IMG/VR virus record: IMGVR_UViG_3300045988_062714
Location: 36,078 to 100,077 of that record
Source of the DNA: a virus
DNA length: 64,000 nucleotides
Direction: 5' to 3' (one strand)
The translations under genes were made by a program, and so were the position numbers. The notes beneath the pieces are model-generated. The model was given only the letters and a program-made list of their open reading frames with translations, did not search any database and was not told where the DNA came from. Of this stretch, positions 54,657 through 64,000 are shown piece after piece (position 1 is the stretch's first letter; each line of letters starts with the position of its first letter).

Positions 54657-55466
54657 TTATTTACAAACGTCTATTACAGTTAAGTTCTCGTTGCTGGGAC
54701 GATAATTAATATCCCTATGAGAATTAGATACAATAACCTGGTCAAAATTATTACACATATTAACCAGGCCTTTATCATTAACTGCATGACATACGATTAT
54801 GATAAACTTGCTATTTGGATATCTCTCTTTGAGAACCTTAAGCTCTCCTAGGAAAGTTCCTCCAGCATCACACAAGTCATCAATGAACACAAATGTAGAA
54901 TAGTAGCAATTCTTAGACTCCTCTATTTCAAAGGACTCAATTCTTCCAGTCTCTAGATTTCTTTCCTTTTTGAAGACTAAATAACCATAGTGAGAATAGT
55001 TACTTCCATATCTGTCCTTCGCCCCATGGTCTGGGAACACGATATTACTTTGGGCTGGAATCCAAGAGTGGTGTCCAAATTCCCAAGGTAAACATCTGTC
55101 ACCAAGAAGATGAAAAGTTCTACTAGAATGTGCCTCAAGAACATATATGTTTCTATAGCCTAAGCTATTTAACATATTACATACTACTTTCAAGGAGAAT
55201 GGACGATTAAAACTCATTACTCTATCCATACGCATAGACATTAAATAAGTAATGTGTAAATCCCATTCTACTTCTTGTCTATCTAAAATATCTCCTACTT
55301 GCATTAAGAGGAATAAATCCTCAGTATTAGATATTCTACAAATGACATCAATAGATTCCTTTCTGTTTAATTCCTCAGTAAGGAAAAACTGAGGCTCTCC
55401 ATCAGGAAATCTAGTAACATCGTACTTAATTTCACTGATTTCCTTGTTGATTAAGTTTAATTTCAT
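54657..55466 (-). CDS. Ribose-phosphate pyrophosphokinase-like enzyme (Prs-like; candidate ADPR-pyrophosphate synthetase Adps).
   Basis: PRPP-binding loop VFIDDLCDAGGTF and a Prs-like VFPDHGAKDRY segment. Confidence 0.55.
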   Translation of the reverse strand: MKLNLINKEISEIKYDVTRFPDGEPQFFLTEELNRKESIDVICRISNTEDLFLLMQVGDILDRQEVEWDLHITYLMSMRMDRVMSFNRPFSLKVVCNMLNSLGYRNIYVLEAHSSRTFHLLGDRCLPWEFGHHSWIPAQSNIVFPDHGAKDRYGSNYSHYGYLVFKKERNLETGRIESFEIEESKNCYYSTFVFIDDLCDAGGTFLGELKVLKERYPNSKFIIIVCHAVNDKGLVNMCNNFDQVIVSNSHRDINYRPSNENLTVIDVCK

Positions 55467-55887
55467 CTACTACATATTTTAAGATTTCATAACTTTCTTC
55501 TAGACCTGCCCTATCATCTAGGAGGATATTATAATAGGGTTTCTCAGAATTAGGAAATACAGGACTTTCATTTGTATATAGCTCAAAGTCTTCATCCAGA
55601 CCTAATAATTTAGCAGTTTTCATCTGTTTAATACATAGCTCTTGAAGATTTGTTTCACAGGTAAACAATATCAAATGAAATCCCAATTTATAACACTTAT
55701 TAAGTAAATTTATGACTTCACTATAATCTCCTCCATTATTATGGTAATCGAAAATAGTATTATCAAAATCGAAAGCGACTATTAGCTTTCCGTATTTATG
55801 ATACTCTTCTAATAGTCGTTTCTTGCAAGCTTCTTTCCCAAAAGGATGATTAAAGTCCATGGTCAATTCTTTGTCTGATTTCTTCAA
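55432..55887 (-). CDS. HAD-superfamily phosphatase.
   Basis: IVAFDFDNTIFDY (DxDxT). Confidence 0.5.
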   Translation of the reverse strand: MKKSDKELTMDFNHPFGKEACKKRLLEEYHKYGKLIVAFDFDNTIFDYHNNGGDYSEVINLLNKCYKLGFHLILFTCETNLQELCIKQMKTAKLLGLDEDFELYTNESPVFPNSEKPYYNILLDDRAGLEESYEILKYVVDEIKLNQQGNQ

Positions 55888-57400
55888 GAGAATATTCTTT
55901 CTTCAAGATACCATCTTCAAAGACAGTCTCTAAGCATCCCTCTTTTTCCTCCTCGATTGAGACCTGGTCGGTAGCAGTATACTTCCCATCCAGACCTTTA
56001 TAGACAGCAATCAAACCTTTCAAAGAGTTCTTAGTACCATCATCAGTTTTAGGATGTTTGAAGATTTCTTTCAATTCGCCATTTACTACGCAAGCAGTAG
56101 CCTTAATAGCAAACCCAAGACTATCTCTACTTGCATACTGATAGGAATATGAACCTACTCCCAGAACGAGATTACAAGCCGCCATATGAGCGTTTTCTAA
56201 TCTCAAGTAGATTTGCTTTTGACGTTCTAGAGTAATAGAATCTCCATAAAGCAGACCAACCTTAGTGCTAGGATAACGGTAATCCTTTGAAGTAGTATTC
56301 CATCCGAAGATTTTACCAAGCATATAATATGCCCCATAATATTGACCTTCGGACACTTCAACATACTCTGCATCGTCGTTAAACGGAGCATAGCAGCAAT
56401 AATACTTACCTTCTTTCATTCTGGTATTGAAGTGAGGATTAGTTCTCAACCCGCAGATTATATCTACTGGGTCTCCACTATCAGGACGGATTACTACTCT
56501 ACCATCACGAGCCATAATGTCTTTCTTCAGCTTGGGCAAGAAATTTTCAATTACATTCCAGAAATCCCAAGTATCAGATACAATAGAAACAAACCCAGAA
56601 GGATACAAATCATTAATTAGACGTTTGAAAGTGCCCAGCTCATCTTCCTCCCCTCCAGCACACATTACAGAGTGTTCTGTTGCTGGAACTGTAGCAGCAA
56701 TCAATTCCTCGTCTGAATTAGCTCCATAATATTCTTCCAAAGCAGCAATAGCTGGAATAGTCTCACTTCCCACAAAAGAAGTCATATGCGCCATACCAGA
56801 TATAATTGCGGCTTCCATTCCCGCCATACCTCGCATTGAGAAATCATGACAACAAAAACCAAGATTTACATCTGTTGGAAAACCAGTCTTGCAAGCATGA
56901 CGATGTAGCTCTTTCTTATAAAGCCTAGCTCTAGTAGCAGATGTGCATGGCATCCACAAGGTACAGCTGATAATAGTCTCTAAGTAGTTAGTTAACCAAA
57001 AGAACTCGGGTAGGGTATTTGTAATGGTCATCATGGGAACCCGAATAGGGCACACAGAACCTTCAGGAAGAGCCTTTATGCGAATTGGTAGATACCCAAG
57101 GTCATATAAAGCTTCAATATGTCTGTACCCAACGGATTCAATACCAACAAAGTTGTTTACTCTACGATAGAACATCTCTACAGCTTCCTTCTTTGGTAGA
57201 TTAAAGAAGTTTTTCTCAAACTGTTTAATGAGATATTCTTTGATTAGGTATTGAATACCAAATACTACTGAACCTTCGGTTGCTTCTGGGAAGTATTTAT
57301 TACTTCTAGGAGTCCAGTTACTATAAACTTGTTCAGTACCTTCGGGGTACATTCTGTGATGGCCCAATTTGTAACCATCTGTAGCATTAATTATTTCCAT
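55850..57400 (-). CDS. nadV: Nicotinamide phosphoribosyltransferase-like enzyme (NadV/NAMPT or Namat).
   Basis: N-terminal INATDGYKLGHHRMYP...QVYS matches the NAMPT TDSYKxxH...YP...VYSY pattern. 516 aa. Confidence 0.7.
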   Translation of the reverse strand: MEIINATDGYKLGHHRMYPEGTEQVYSNWTPRSNKYFPEATEGSVVFGIQYLIKEYLIKQFEKNFFNLPKKEAVEMFYRRVNNFVGIESVGYRHIEALYDLGYLPIRIKALPEGSVCPIRVPMMTITNTLPEFFWLTNYLETIISCTLWMPCTSATRARLYKKELHRHACKTGFPTDVNLGFCCHDFSMRGMAGMEAAIISGMAHMTSFVGSETIPAIAALEEYYGANSDEELIAATVPATEHSVMCAGGEEDELGTFKRLINDLYPSGFVSIVSDTWDFWNVIENFLPKLKKDIMARDGRVVIRPDSGDPVDIICGLRTNPHFNTRMKEGKYYCCYAPFNDDAEYVEVSEGQYYGAYYMLGKIFGWNTTSKDYRYPSTKVGLLYGDSITLERQKQIYLRLENAHMAACNLVLGVGSYSYQYASRDSLGFAIKATACVVNGELKEIFKHPKTDDGTKNSLKGLIAVYKGLDGKYTATDQVSIEEEKEGCLETVFEDGILKKEYSLEEIRQRIDHGL

Positions 57401-57413
57401 TCTAAAAATTATT

Positions 57414-57938
57414 TTAATAACTAATTGTTAATAAACTTTTCATGCCTTTACCACTAGCTAAATTCTTAAAACACTGAGTGATAAATTCCTTCGTTTCTGG
57501 ATGGATAGCCCTAGGAGAATTTATATACTTAATCCACCAGTTATATTCTCCTTGAAAACTATTACCGTTGTATACTTTACCAGCAGCCAGATAATCGCAT
57601 ACCAATTCTAGAGCATACTCTTTAGGCATCTTCACTGGAACACCGCCAATGTCTAGCTTAGTTACCCAGTATTCATAATGGTGTGGATTTCTTCCTCTGT
57701 GATGTAAATAAGACCTAGAATATCCTAGAATTTCTTTTTCCTTGTTTAAGGGAGATGTGTCATCATCGTAAAATTTTACAGAACGAGAGAACTCATACCA
57801 TCCGAATTTAGATAAGTCGTGCAAGATGCCCTGTTTGTATAAACCTAACTGAAAACAGTAATAAGCTACCCAAAACTTATGTCTAAGTATTCGCCTAAGA
57901 TGTTTCAGTGTTATACACATACATTTAAGAATTTCCAT
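57414..57938 (-). CDS. Hypothetical His-rich protein (possible HD-like hydrolase).
   Basis: HDLSK...YLHHRGRNPHHYEY. Confidence 0.35.
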   Translation of the reverse strand: MEILKCMCITLKHLRRILRHKFWVAYYCFQLGLYKQGILHDLSKFGWYEFSRSVKFYDDDTSPLNKEKEILGYSRSYLHHRGRNPHHYEYWVTKLDIGGVPVKMPKEYALELVCDYLAAGKVYNGNSFQGEYNWWIKYINSPRAIHPETKEFITQCFKNLASGKGMKSLLTISY

Positions 57939-58254
57939 ATCTTCTTCACTATTCTAGTTAGAAAATTATTTCCTCTTAGATTGAACTTATGTGTATATCC
58001 AGACAACTTATCTGGATTCCACACAGCATGAACTATATAGAATAAATATCCTACTGTGTATAGCATAATGTTCAGTACTGGGATAAATCCTAGGATTAGT
58101 ATTACTAAAACTAGCCACACTGGAACTTTAAGGTCACAGTCTTCTTCTATAAGTGCCACACTTCTGCTATACCCATTGTAATAAACGGTTACATGGGTAT
58201 CTTTCAAGATAAGCACCGTGATGATTACCATCACAGTGCATATTACTAGATACA

Positions 58255-59082
58255 TCATTTGTTATTAGCTACATCTTTAAATAAGGTGGGAACCTGACCA
58301 TAAGTAGGAAGTTTTCCATCCCACTTCTTAATCATATCCTGCTGAACTATGAGAACTGACAAAGATGCTGAAATCTTTCTATTATATTCAGCTTCTGCAT
58401 CACCCTTAATCTTAAGAGCTTCTGCCTCTCCTTGTGCAGCTGCTACTTTCTTTTTAGCTTCTGCCTCAATAGTCTTAACTTCATTCTCTGCCTTCAAAGC
58501 CTGTTGAATTGCAGCATTCTTAGCATCAATAGAATTGACTAGCGTCTGTGGATATTGAAGACCAGAAGTCATTTGTTCAAGCTGAAAATTCTCAGCCAAG
58601 AGTTCCTTTGACAGTCTATCTTCTATAGACTTCTCAAACTCCTCACGTTTACTTACTAGTTCATCAGTAGTATAGTTATTCAGCTGAATGCGAAAAGCAT
58701 TCTTTACGTAATTATACAAAGTAGTGTTAATTACCTCTACAATATCTTCCTTTCTATACTTCTTAAATACTTCTGGTGATTTCCCGTCAACAATCTTCAA
58801 AGAAATTGTAGGGTCTACAGTAAATGATGATCCATCTTTAGCATTAATACTGAAAGGAGGATAGTCCACAGTCTGTACGAATGTAGGATATTCATATACA
58901 GCCGTAGTAACAGGATTGTACCATACCGCACCAGTAACAAGAGACACATCGTCTACTCCTTTACCATCTCCGTATAGATTTACCTTGATGCCTTCATAAC
59001 CAGCATCAATTCTCTCATAGCCACAACTAGATAAGCCAAACACTAAAGTTAATACGCACAAAATCTTAATAATTGTCTTCAT
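58255..59082 (-). CDS. SPFH/band-7 (stomatin/HflK-like) lipoprotein.
   Basis: Lipobox LVFGLSSCGY. C-terminal Ala/Glu-rich coiled coil typical of SPFH proteins. Confidence 0.5.
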   Translation of the reverse strand: MKTIIKILCVLTLVFGLSSCGYERIDAGYEGIKVNLYGDGKGVDDVSLVTGAVWYNPVTTAVYEYPTFVQTVDYPPFSINAKDGSSFTVDPTISLKIVDGKSPEVFKKYRKEDIVEVINTTLYNYVKNAFRIQLNNYTTDELVSKREEFEKSIEDRLSKELLAENFQLEQMTSGLQYPQTLVNSIDAKNAAIQQALKAENEVKTIEAEAKKKVAAAQGEAEALKIKGDAEAEYNRKISASLSVLIVQQDMIKKWDGKLPTYGQVPTLFKDVANNK

Positions 59083-59409
59083 TTTCCTTATTTAAGTAAT
59101 GTTTCTTAATATATTTGAATATCCTATAAACTAAACTTGGGATTGCCACTAGTAATAGTAACAACCCCAAGATATTTGCAGCATACAATGATTCGGATAA
59201 TAACCATAAGCTGACGTTGTAAATCACAACGATTAACAGAACGGCAACAAATGCCTTAATTAAGTTTTTCTCGACCATAGAATAATATATTCTCTATTGC
59301 CACTTTTATTATACCATAGTAGTACATTATCCTCTGTAATGTCTACATACGGGTCATAATAAATATACGCGGCAAACATTATGCACACAATTATAAATGC
59401 AACCATGAT

Positions 59410-59523
59410 TTATCGAGTTTTAACAGACCCAGGTCTGGTAGTTGCAGCCTGAAAATCTTTTCCTTGTTTATCCCACCATGCTTGCTTTGCTTTTAACCAA
59501 GCTACTTTTTTCTTATACTTCAT
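59410..59523 (-). CDS. Small, very basic ORF of 37 aa (MKYKKKVAWLKAKQAWWDKQGKDF...).
   Basis: ATGA start/stop overlap with the OmpA-like gene. Confidence 0.3.
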   Translation of the reverse strand: MKYKKKVAWLKAKQAWWDKQGKDFQAATTRPGSVKTR

Positions 59524-60536
59524 TGTTCGGAAATTATTACGATACGATTAAATTCATTATCTCCAAATTCAGTAGTAATTCCGCATCCCTTAACAACCAA
59601 TTTATCCTCTGGAGCACCATAGCTAATCAGAGCCTTCTTCATAGATTCTGCCCTAGCTACAGCAAGGTTATTATTAAACTCTTCTGGACCTTCTTCCGAA
59701 GCATATCCCTCAATCACATAAGTTTTTCCACTATTAGAAATATAGGAAGCTAGTTCTGAGACAGCCACATTGGAAGTTTTAGAAATCTCTGAAGAATTTT
59801 GAAGGAATTGAATTTTTGGAGTCAAAAGCTCTACTTTAGTAATTTCGATTGTGTCCGTCTTAACAATTTCTATTGGTTTACGAGCCATAAGTTCCTCATT
59901 CTTGGCTCTCAACTCATTAATAGAAGCGTTTAGGCTTTCAACCTCGGCATCACTATACAACTTCATAATTGGAAAGTCCCCTTTGCTAGACTTAAAGCGA
60001 TAGGTAGCACCAATATAGACGTTAAACTCATGATTCAGAGGAGAAGTCTTGGGAAGTAACATATACTCAGGAGTAACATTTAATGCCCATCTATTAGAGA
60101 TATTAAAGTTACATCTAACGGCTCCACGGGCGGATACATTATTATAGACATCTCCATAAGTATGATACCAACCAGCACCAACGATTAGTATAGGCTCAAA
60201 CAGACGCCTATCTCCGTTATATCCACATATCAGGTTAGTAAGATTGGTAGTAACGTTAGCTGTCAAATTATGTGAATCAAAGAATGTTTTATTTCCTTGG
60301 TTCATTCCAGCCATCATGTCTAACTCCAAGCCAAAGATAGGAGTAACCTCCTTACCAATAGCAATGTTTACTAGTACATCATTTGGTTCTGCCCAACTTC
60401 TATGGTTATCCCAAATAGTAGTTCCAACATTACCAGAAATATACCAGTTATCCTTCATACTTCCAGTCTCAACAACTTGTGCGCTAGCAAATGCACACAT
60501 CAAACACAAACAAATAATACTAAAAATTCTCTTCAT
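59520..60536 (-). CDS. Outer-membrane protein with a C-terminal OmpA-like peptidoglycan-binding domain.
   Basis: Signal peptide MKRIFSIICLCLMCAFASAQ. C-terminal EGYASEEGPEEFNNNLAVARAESM (OmpA_C pattern). Confidence 0.55.
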   Translation of the reverse strand: MKRIFSIICLCLMCAFASAQVVETGSMKDNWYISGNVGTTIWDNHRSWAEPNDVLVNIAIGKEVTPIFGLELDMMAGMNQGNKTFFDSHNLTANVTTNLTNLICGYNGDRRLFEPILIVGAGWYHTYGDVYNNVSARGAVRCNFNISNRWALNVTPEYMLLPKTSPLNHEFNVYIGATYRFKSSKGDFPIMKLYSDAEVESLNASINELRAKNEELMARKPIEIVKTDTIEITKVELLTPKIQFLQNSSEISKTSNVAVSELASYISNSGKTYVIEGYASEEGPEEFNNNLAVARAESMKKALISYGAPEDKLVVKGCGITTEFGDNEFNRIVIISEQ

Positions 60537-60949
60537 AATTAAATTAGTTAAATTAATCCCACCAAGTTCTCATACGTTCAAACCTAAGTTTATTGTATAA
60601 GTACCAGGCTTTTTCTCTTCTCAGATAATCTTTAAGGATTGGGGCATTCCAATCGAGATCAGCAGCCTTAGGGTGGAATCGATTCCAATTTTTAGTATTT
60701 ATGTGTCTATCTACAAATCCCTTTGACCCAGGTCTAAAGTCATGGTGATACGCAGAATCTATTTCTAGCACAATATCTAATAGCTTTAGTGCTAGATTTA
60801 GCTCTTTTTCGACACGTTCATTGCCTTCCGCAATTCTAGATACTTTGAAGTATTCATACATTCTGATTAAGGCTTGCTTCTCTAGTGAGAGCACGAAACC
60901 ATAATCGAATGGATAAAACTTCATAGCTTCTTTGATAAGTTTCTTATTC

Positions 60950-61393
60950 TTATTCTTTCTTAGTTTCATATTCCTGACTTGCTTCAACTGCTAATTTATC
61001 TGCGAGATTATTCATCTGAGAAAAGAAGTCTGAACTTGAAGTATGTCCTTTCACCCAACAAAAATCTATATTAGGACAAAATTGCTTTGCCTTATTTAAG
61101 ACCTTGTCGTATAAATTCCATAACTCTACGTTCTTCTTTCTTTTCCATCCTTTAGTAGCACATCCTATGACGTACTGAGAATCTGAGTAAATAGTCAGAG
61201 ATTCGATTTTACGACTTACTGCATTTAGAGCATAAATTACTGCTAACAACTCACATTTGTTGTTAGTAGTATTTGGAATCATCTTGCTAAATTCATAGGA
61301 TTTTTTCCCATCAATTACGAATACAACTCCTACTCCTCCTGTATTTCTAGATGAACTAAAAGCTCCGTCAGTAAAGACCTCTAAATTACTCAT
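60950..61393 (-). CDS. rnhA: Ribonuclease H (RNase HI).
   Basis: Acidic catalytic residues in VFTDGA, ELLAV, YSDSQYV and ...NNLADKLA. Confidence 0.7.
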   Translation of the reverse strand: MSNLEVFTDGAFSSSRNTGGVGVVFVIDGKKSYEFSKMIPNTTNNKCELLAVIYALNAVSRKIESLTIYSDSQYVIGCATKGWKRKKNVELWNLYDKVLNKAKQFCPNIDFCWVKGHTSSSDFFSQMNNLADKLAVEASQEYETKKE

Positions 61394-62440
61394 TCTGAGT
61401 ATTAGTCCTGAGATTAGTTCCTAGTAGTATTGCTATCTTTAGCAGGTCGTCTTGGTTATCACAAAATATATTATCTAAAATATAGTTTGCGTAATCACTT
61501 ATTCTAACTCTCTTTCCTACAGCTCCATACTTCCCATTAAGCCACTTAATTTGTGGAATAAAGTCTTCCAAATTATCTCCAAGATGCCTCAAGGCTTTTC
61601 TAATAGAGACTGGAAACCACATTTTTTCTTTTATCCAATCTAAGTGACAATAACCAAACGCAAATGCTCTACTTAAATCCTTCTGAATAAACTCGTCTAA
61701 CTCGAAATTTCTCTCATGCCTACCAGCTTCCTCGAAATCATCTTTCAAATCCTCACAAAAAATCTGATTAAATTCAATCATAACTCCAAGTTTCTAGGCA
61801 AGCTATAAGTTCCAGCATCCCATATCTGCAATAACCTTGAATGGTCCAGTAGCTATAGAAAGATAAGGACTTTTGTTGTCATTGTACAGCTTCATTACTT
61901 CTCTTAGTAGTATACTAGCATTTCTGGATAGTTCGTAAAGAGTGGGAACTCTGTGTTCGTTCGGACCTACATACATTTTCCATGTACTTTTGCCTATACA
62001 GCGACCCTCGTCATCATATTCTCTATGACTCTTGTTCCACTGCATATACTCCAGAACCTTATCAAAATCAAAGTTCTCCATAATGCTTTTGTATTGTTCC
62101 TCCAATGGGGGACAATCATCCCTTGTCAGGACTGTTCTCTTTGTTTTGCTCATTTTTGTAACAATTAACAAGATTCTGTAAGTTGGACAACTTATCAGTT
62201 CTTACACTGACCAGTAGCCCACCCTTACGTAAGTTGTAACTAAGTTTAATTCCGCAATGATTTAGAATTTCGATAAACTCTCTCAATGCGCTTCCCTTTA
62301 ACACATTTCTGTAGACTAGTTTCTGACCATCTTGATATCCTGCTCGATAATATTCATTCGCAACATCAGAAATAAGCCATCGCTTAATAGGAGATACCCT
62401 ACTTAAGAGTTCATTGACTCTGGTTGCGATAAAATCCATA

Positions 62441-62614
62441 TTACTGAATACTATCAATTACAAGACTATCCACACCTAGAGTGTCTACACTCATTGTGTC
62501 AGCAACTTCTTTAACGATTGCGATAGAATCGTTTTCTGGAGCCTGAGTCTTTGTATTACCTGCACAAGCAGACATCAGTGCAACCATTCCGAAAAGCAAT
62601 AGTACTTTCTTCAT
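62441..62614 (-). CDS. Small lipoprotein of 57 aa.
   Basis: ATG at 62614. Sequence MKKVLLLFGMVALMSAC (signal peptide plus lipobox). Absent from the track because it is shorter than 60 aa. Confidence 0.35.
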   Translation of the reverse strand: MKKVLLLFGMVALMSACAGNTKTQAPENDSIAIVKEVADTMSVDTLGVDSLVIDSIQ

Positions 62615-62655
62615 TTTTCTTAATTTAAATTAGTTAATAATCATTTTATCTATCA

Positions 62656-62707
62656 AAAAAAAGAGTGGTTCCAGTATCTGTGCTTCACCAGATACTTTCC
62701 CCACTCC
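62656..62707 (-). terminator. Rho-independent terminator on the - strand.
   Basis: Bipartite stem GAGTGG..CCAGTATCTG/CAGATACT..CCACTC followed on the - strand by U8. Confidence 0.5.
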
Positions 62708-63088
62708 TATCACTCCGAAGAGCTTGTACCATTATTAGGTTGGTCAACCTCCCTCTTCATCTTGTTGAGAATTTGGGATAATAGTCACCAAGTTTAAAGA
62801 TTACTTGTAACTGAAGCAAAAGGCTAGAATCCCGAAGGGATTCCGTAACTCCTTCAACACGTGGTTGACGAGCTATGTAGGAAGCTAACGCGCAGGCAAA
62901 GATGAAGCCGTAGTCAAAGACCTAGCTACACTAACAAAGACTAAGACAAAGACTCTCAATTAGAGAGTAGGTTGTAAATTTTTGTGTAGCCAGCGAATAA
63001 AGATTAAATCCATGCGGATTTAAGAATATACTGTTCATAATTATTCCTGTTAAGTATGTTATGTTAGCTTCCTACGGAAGTCCTCTAA
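62708..63088 (-). ncRNA. Candidate structured non-coding RNA or unusually long structured 3' UTR.
   Basis: About 380 nt with no ORF. GC is well above the genome background. Contains multiple perfect hairpins (GAATCCC/GGGATTC, AAATCC/GGATTT, CCTCTAA/TTAGAGG) and ends at a terminator. Confidence 0.3.
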
Positions 63089-64000
63089 TTACTTAGAGGA
63101 AGAGTCGCCTTGTCTCCTAATCTCTTCGAAAATATCTAAAAGATTCTTAGGCAAAGCGATTTTTAGTTTGGAAATACGTTCCATTTCAGAAGTTTTCCAA
63201 CTATTGAAACAACTTCTCAACTCTCCTAATTCGGAGGTATATTTGTCGTATTTTGCTTTAAATTCAGCCATTTTCTCACGATACTCTTGTTCTTGAGTGT
63301 TAGAAAGTTTATTAACCTCCTCCTTAAGCTCAGCTTTAAGAGCATTTAACTCCTTCTCGTAAGAACGATAGGTGTCTTGAAGAGACATGAACATATTGTC
63401 CACTTTTTCTACTTCGATGGTAGGGTCTTGGTAGTAGAGAATTAAATCTCTTCCAGAGCCTTCCTTATAGATAGGACAATTCTCAGCTGCATGAACTTCT
63501 TTTCGTGCTTTACTAAAGGCTCCTTTTGGATGAATATACTTTCCATAGGTAGAAGCAAACGCCTCTAATCTTAGGAATTTATTTCTCTTGTTAATATCCC
63601 ACGACTTTATGATAGTCTCTTCAGTCGGAGAAGGTAGAGCTTCTGGATACTTAGGCTGCTCTGGCAGTCCTATTCCCTGACTTTCTGCCCAATCATCAAG
63701 CATAGTAGCAGATACTTTGCCAATCATTCCTTCTTTCTCTTTAATAGCTTCTCGTACCCAAGCACAAAAACTATTCATGGCAGCGACCTTTTCCAAATCA
63801 TCTTTTATAAAGTCAAGGGACTTTTGTCCTACTGTCATTAACTGCTTTTCTCCTCCACCGATAGAGGCTACAGATACTTGAAAGAATTTCACATTATTCA
63901 AGCGTTCCTGTGCTGCTTGAATCATTTCTTGTGCGATGTTCGCATAGAAGTTTGCTGACGTAGAAGTCAACCCTTCATTTCCAAAAAATACACTGTTCAT
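63089..64000 (-). CDS. Hypothetical coiled-coil protein, possibly truncated by the window edge.
   Basis: ORF runs to the last base of the window. Confidence 0.4.
   Translation of the reverse strand: MNSVFFGNEGLTSTSANFYANIAQEMIQAAQERLNNVKFFQVSVASIGGGEKQLMTVGQKSLDFIKDDLEKVAAMNSFCAWVREAIKEKEGMIGKVSATMLDDWAESQGIGLPEQPKYPEALPSPTEETIIKSWDINKRNKFLRLEAFASTYGKYIHPKGAFSKARKEVHAAENCPIYKEGSGRDLILYYQDPTIEVEKVDNMFMSLQDTYRSYEKELNALKAELKEEVNKLSNTQEQEYREKMAEFKAKYDKYTSELGELRSCFNSWKTSEMERISKLKIALPKNLLDIFEEIRRQGDSSSK

Noticed and set aside
62640-63088. tmRNA or tRNA gene in the structured non-coding region.
   Set aside because: I found no T-arm (GTTCRA) consensus, no 7-bp acceptor pairing and no CCA-proximal tRNA-like domain on either strand.
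1-64000. Prophage, integrative element or CRISPR array.
   Set aside because: No integrase or recombinase motif, no att-like direct repeats and no repeat-spacer periodicity. Gene content is that of a lytic-phage replication and nucleotide-metabolism module.

Overview
This 64-kb window appears to come from a large, AT-rich virulent bacteriophage. It contains two convergent transcription modules that meet at a hairpin terminator near 5.6 kb. No integrase, CRISPR array or rRNA is present. I found no tRNA by eye.

(1) Bases 1-5589, + strand. Two long genes, one truncated at the window start and one of about 1570 aa, are read-through-open only if TAG is a sense codon. The larger gene has about 45 in-frame TAG codons and no in-frame TAA or TGA across roughly 4.7 kb. 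This is the signature of amber stop-codon reassignment (code-15-like, TAG to Gln) in late or structural genes.

(2) Bases 5641-64000, - strand. About 58 kb of densely packed genes are intact under the standard code. They include:
- Replication: family A DNA polymerase with 3'-5' exonuclease, DnaB-like helicase, TOPRIM primase, SF2 helicase, Sak4-like ATPase, a likely SSB, ATP-dependent ligase and RNase H.
- Anaerobic dNTP synthesis: NrdD, NrdG, thioredoxin, ThyX, dUTPase-like and UDG.
- A four-part tRNA repair toolkit: Pnk, Rnl2-like RNA ligase, CCA-adding enzyme and a Thg1-like 3'-5' polymerase.
- An NAD+ reconstitution cassette: NAMPT-like, Prs/Adps-like, HAD phosphatase, plus NMNAT elsewhere.
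- A phage sigma-70 family factor, several calcineurin-like and HAD phosphatases, and an envelope cassette with an SPFH lipoprotein, OmpA-like protein and small membrane proteins.

Two genes in the standard-code module look as if they begin ATG-(1-3 codons)-TAG. A DUF1848-like radical-SAM-related gene is split across two frames. A roughly 430-nt GC-rich structured non-coding region with its own terminator lies near the right end. Lipobox lipoproteins, OmpA-like domains and NrdDG point to an anaerobic Bacteroidota-type host (crAss-like or Lak-like phage; lineage unproven). All functional calls rest on motifs I recognised by eye; no database search was run.
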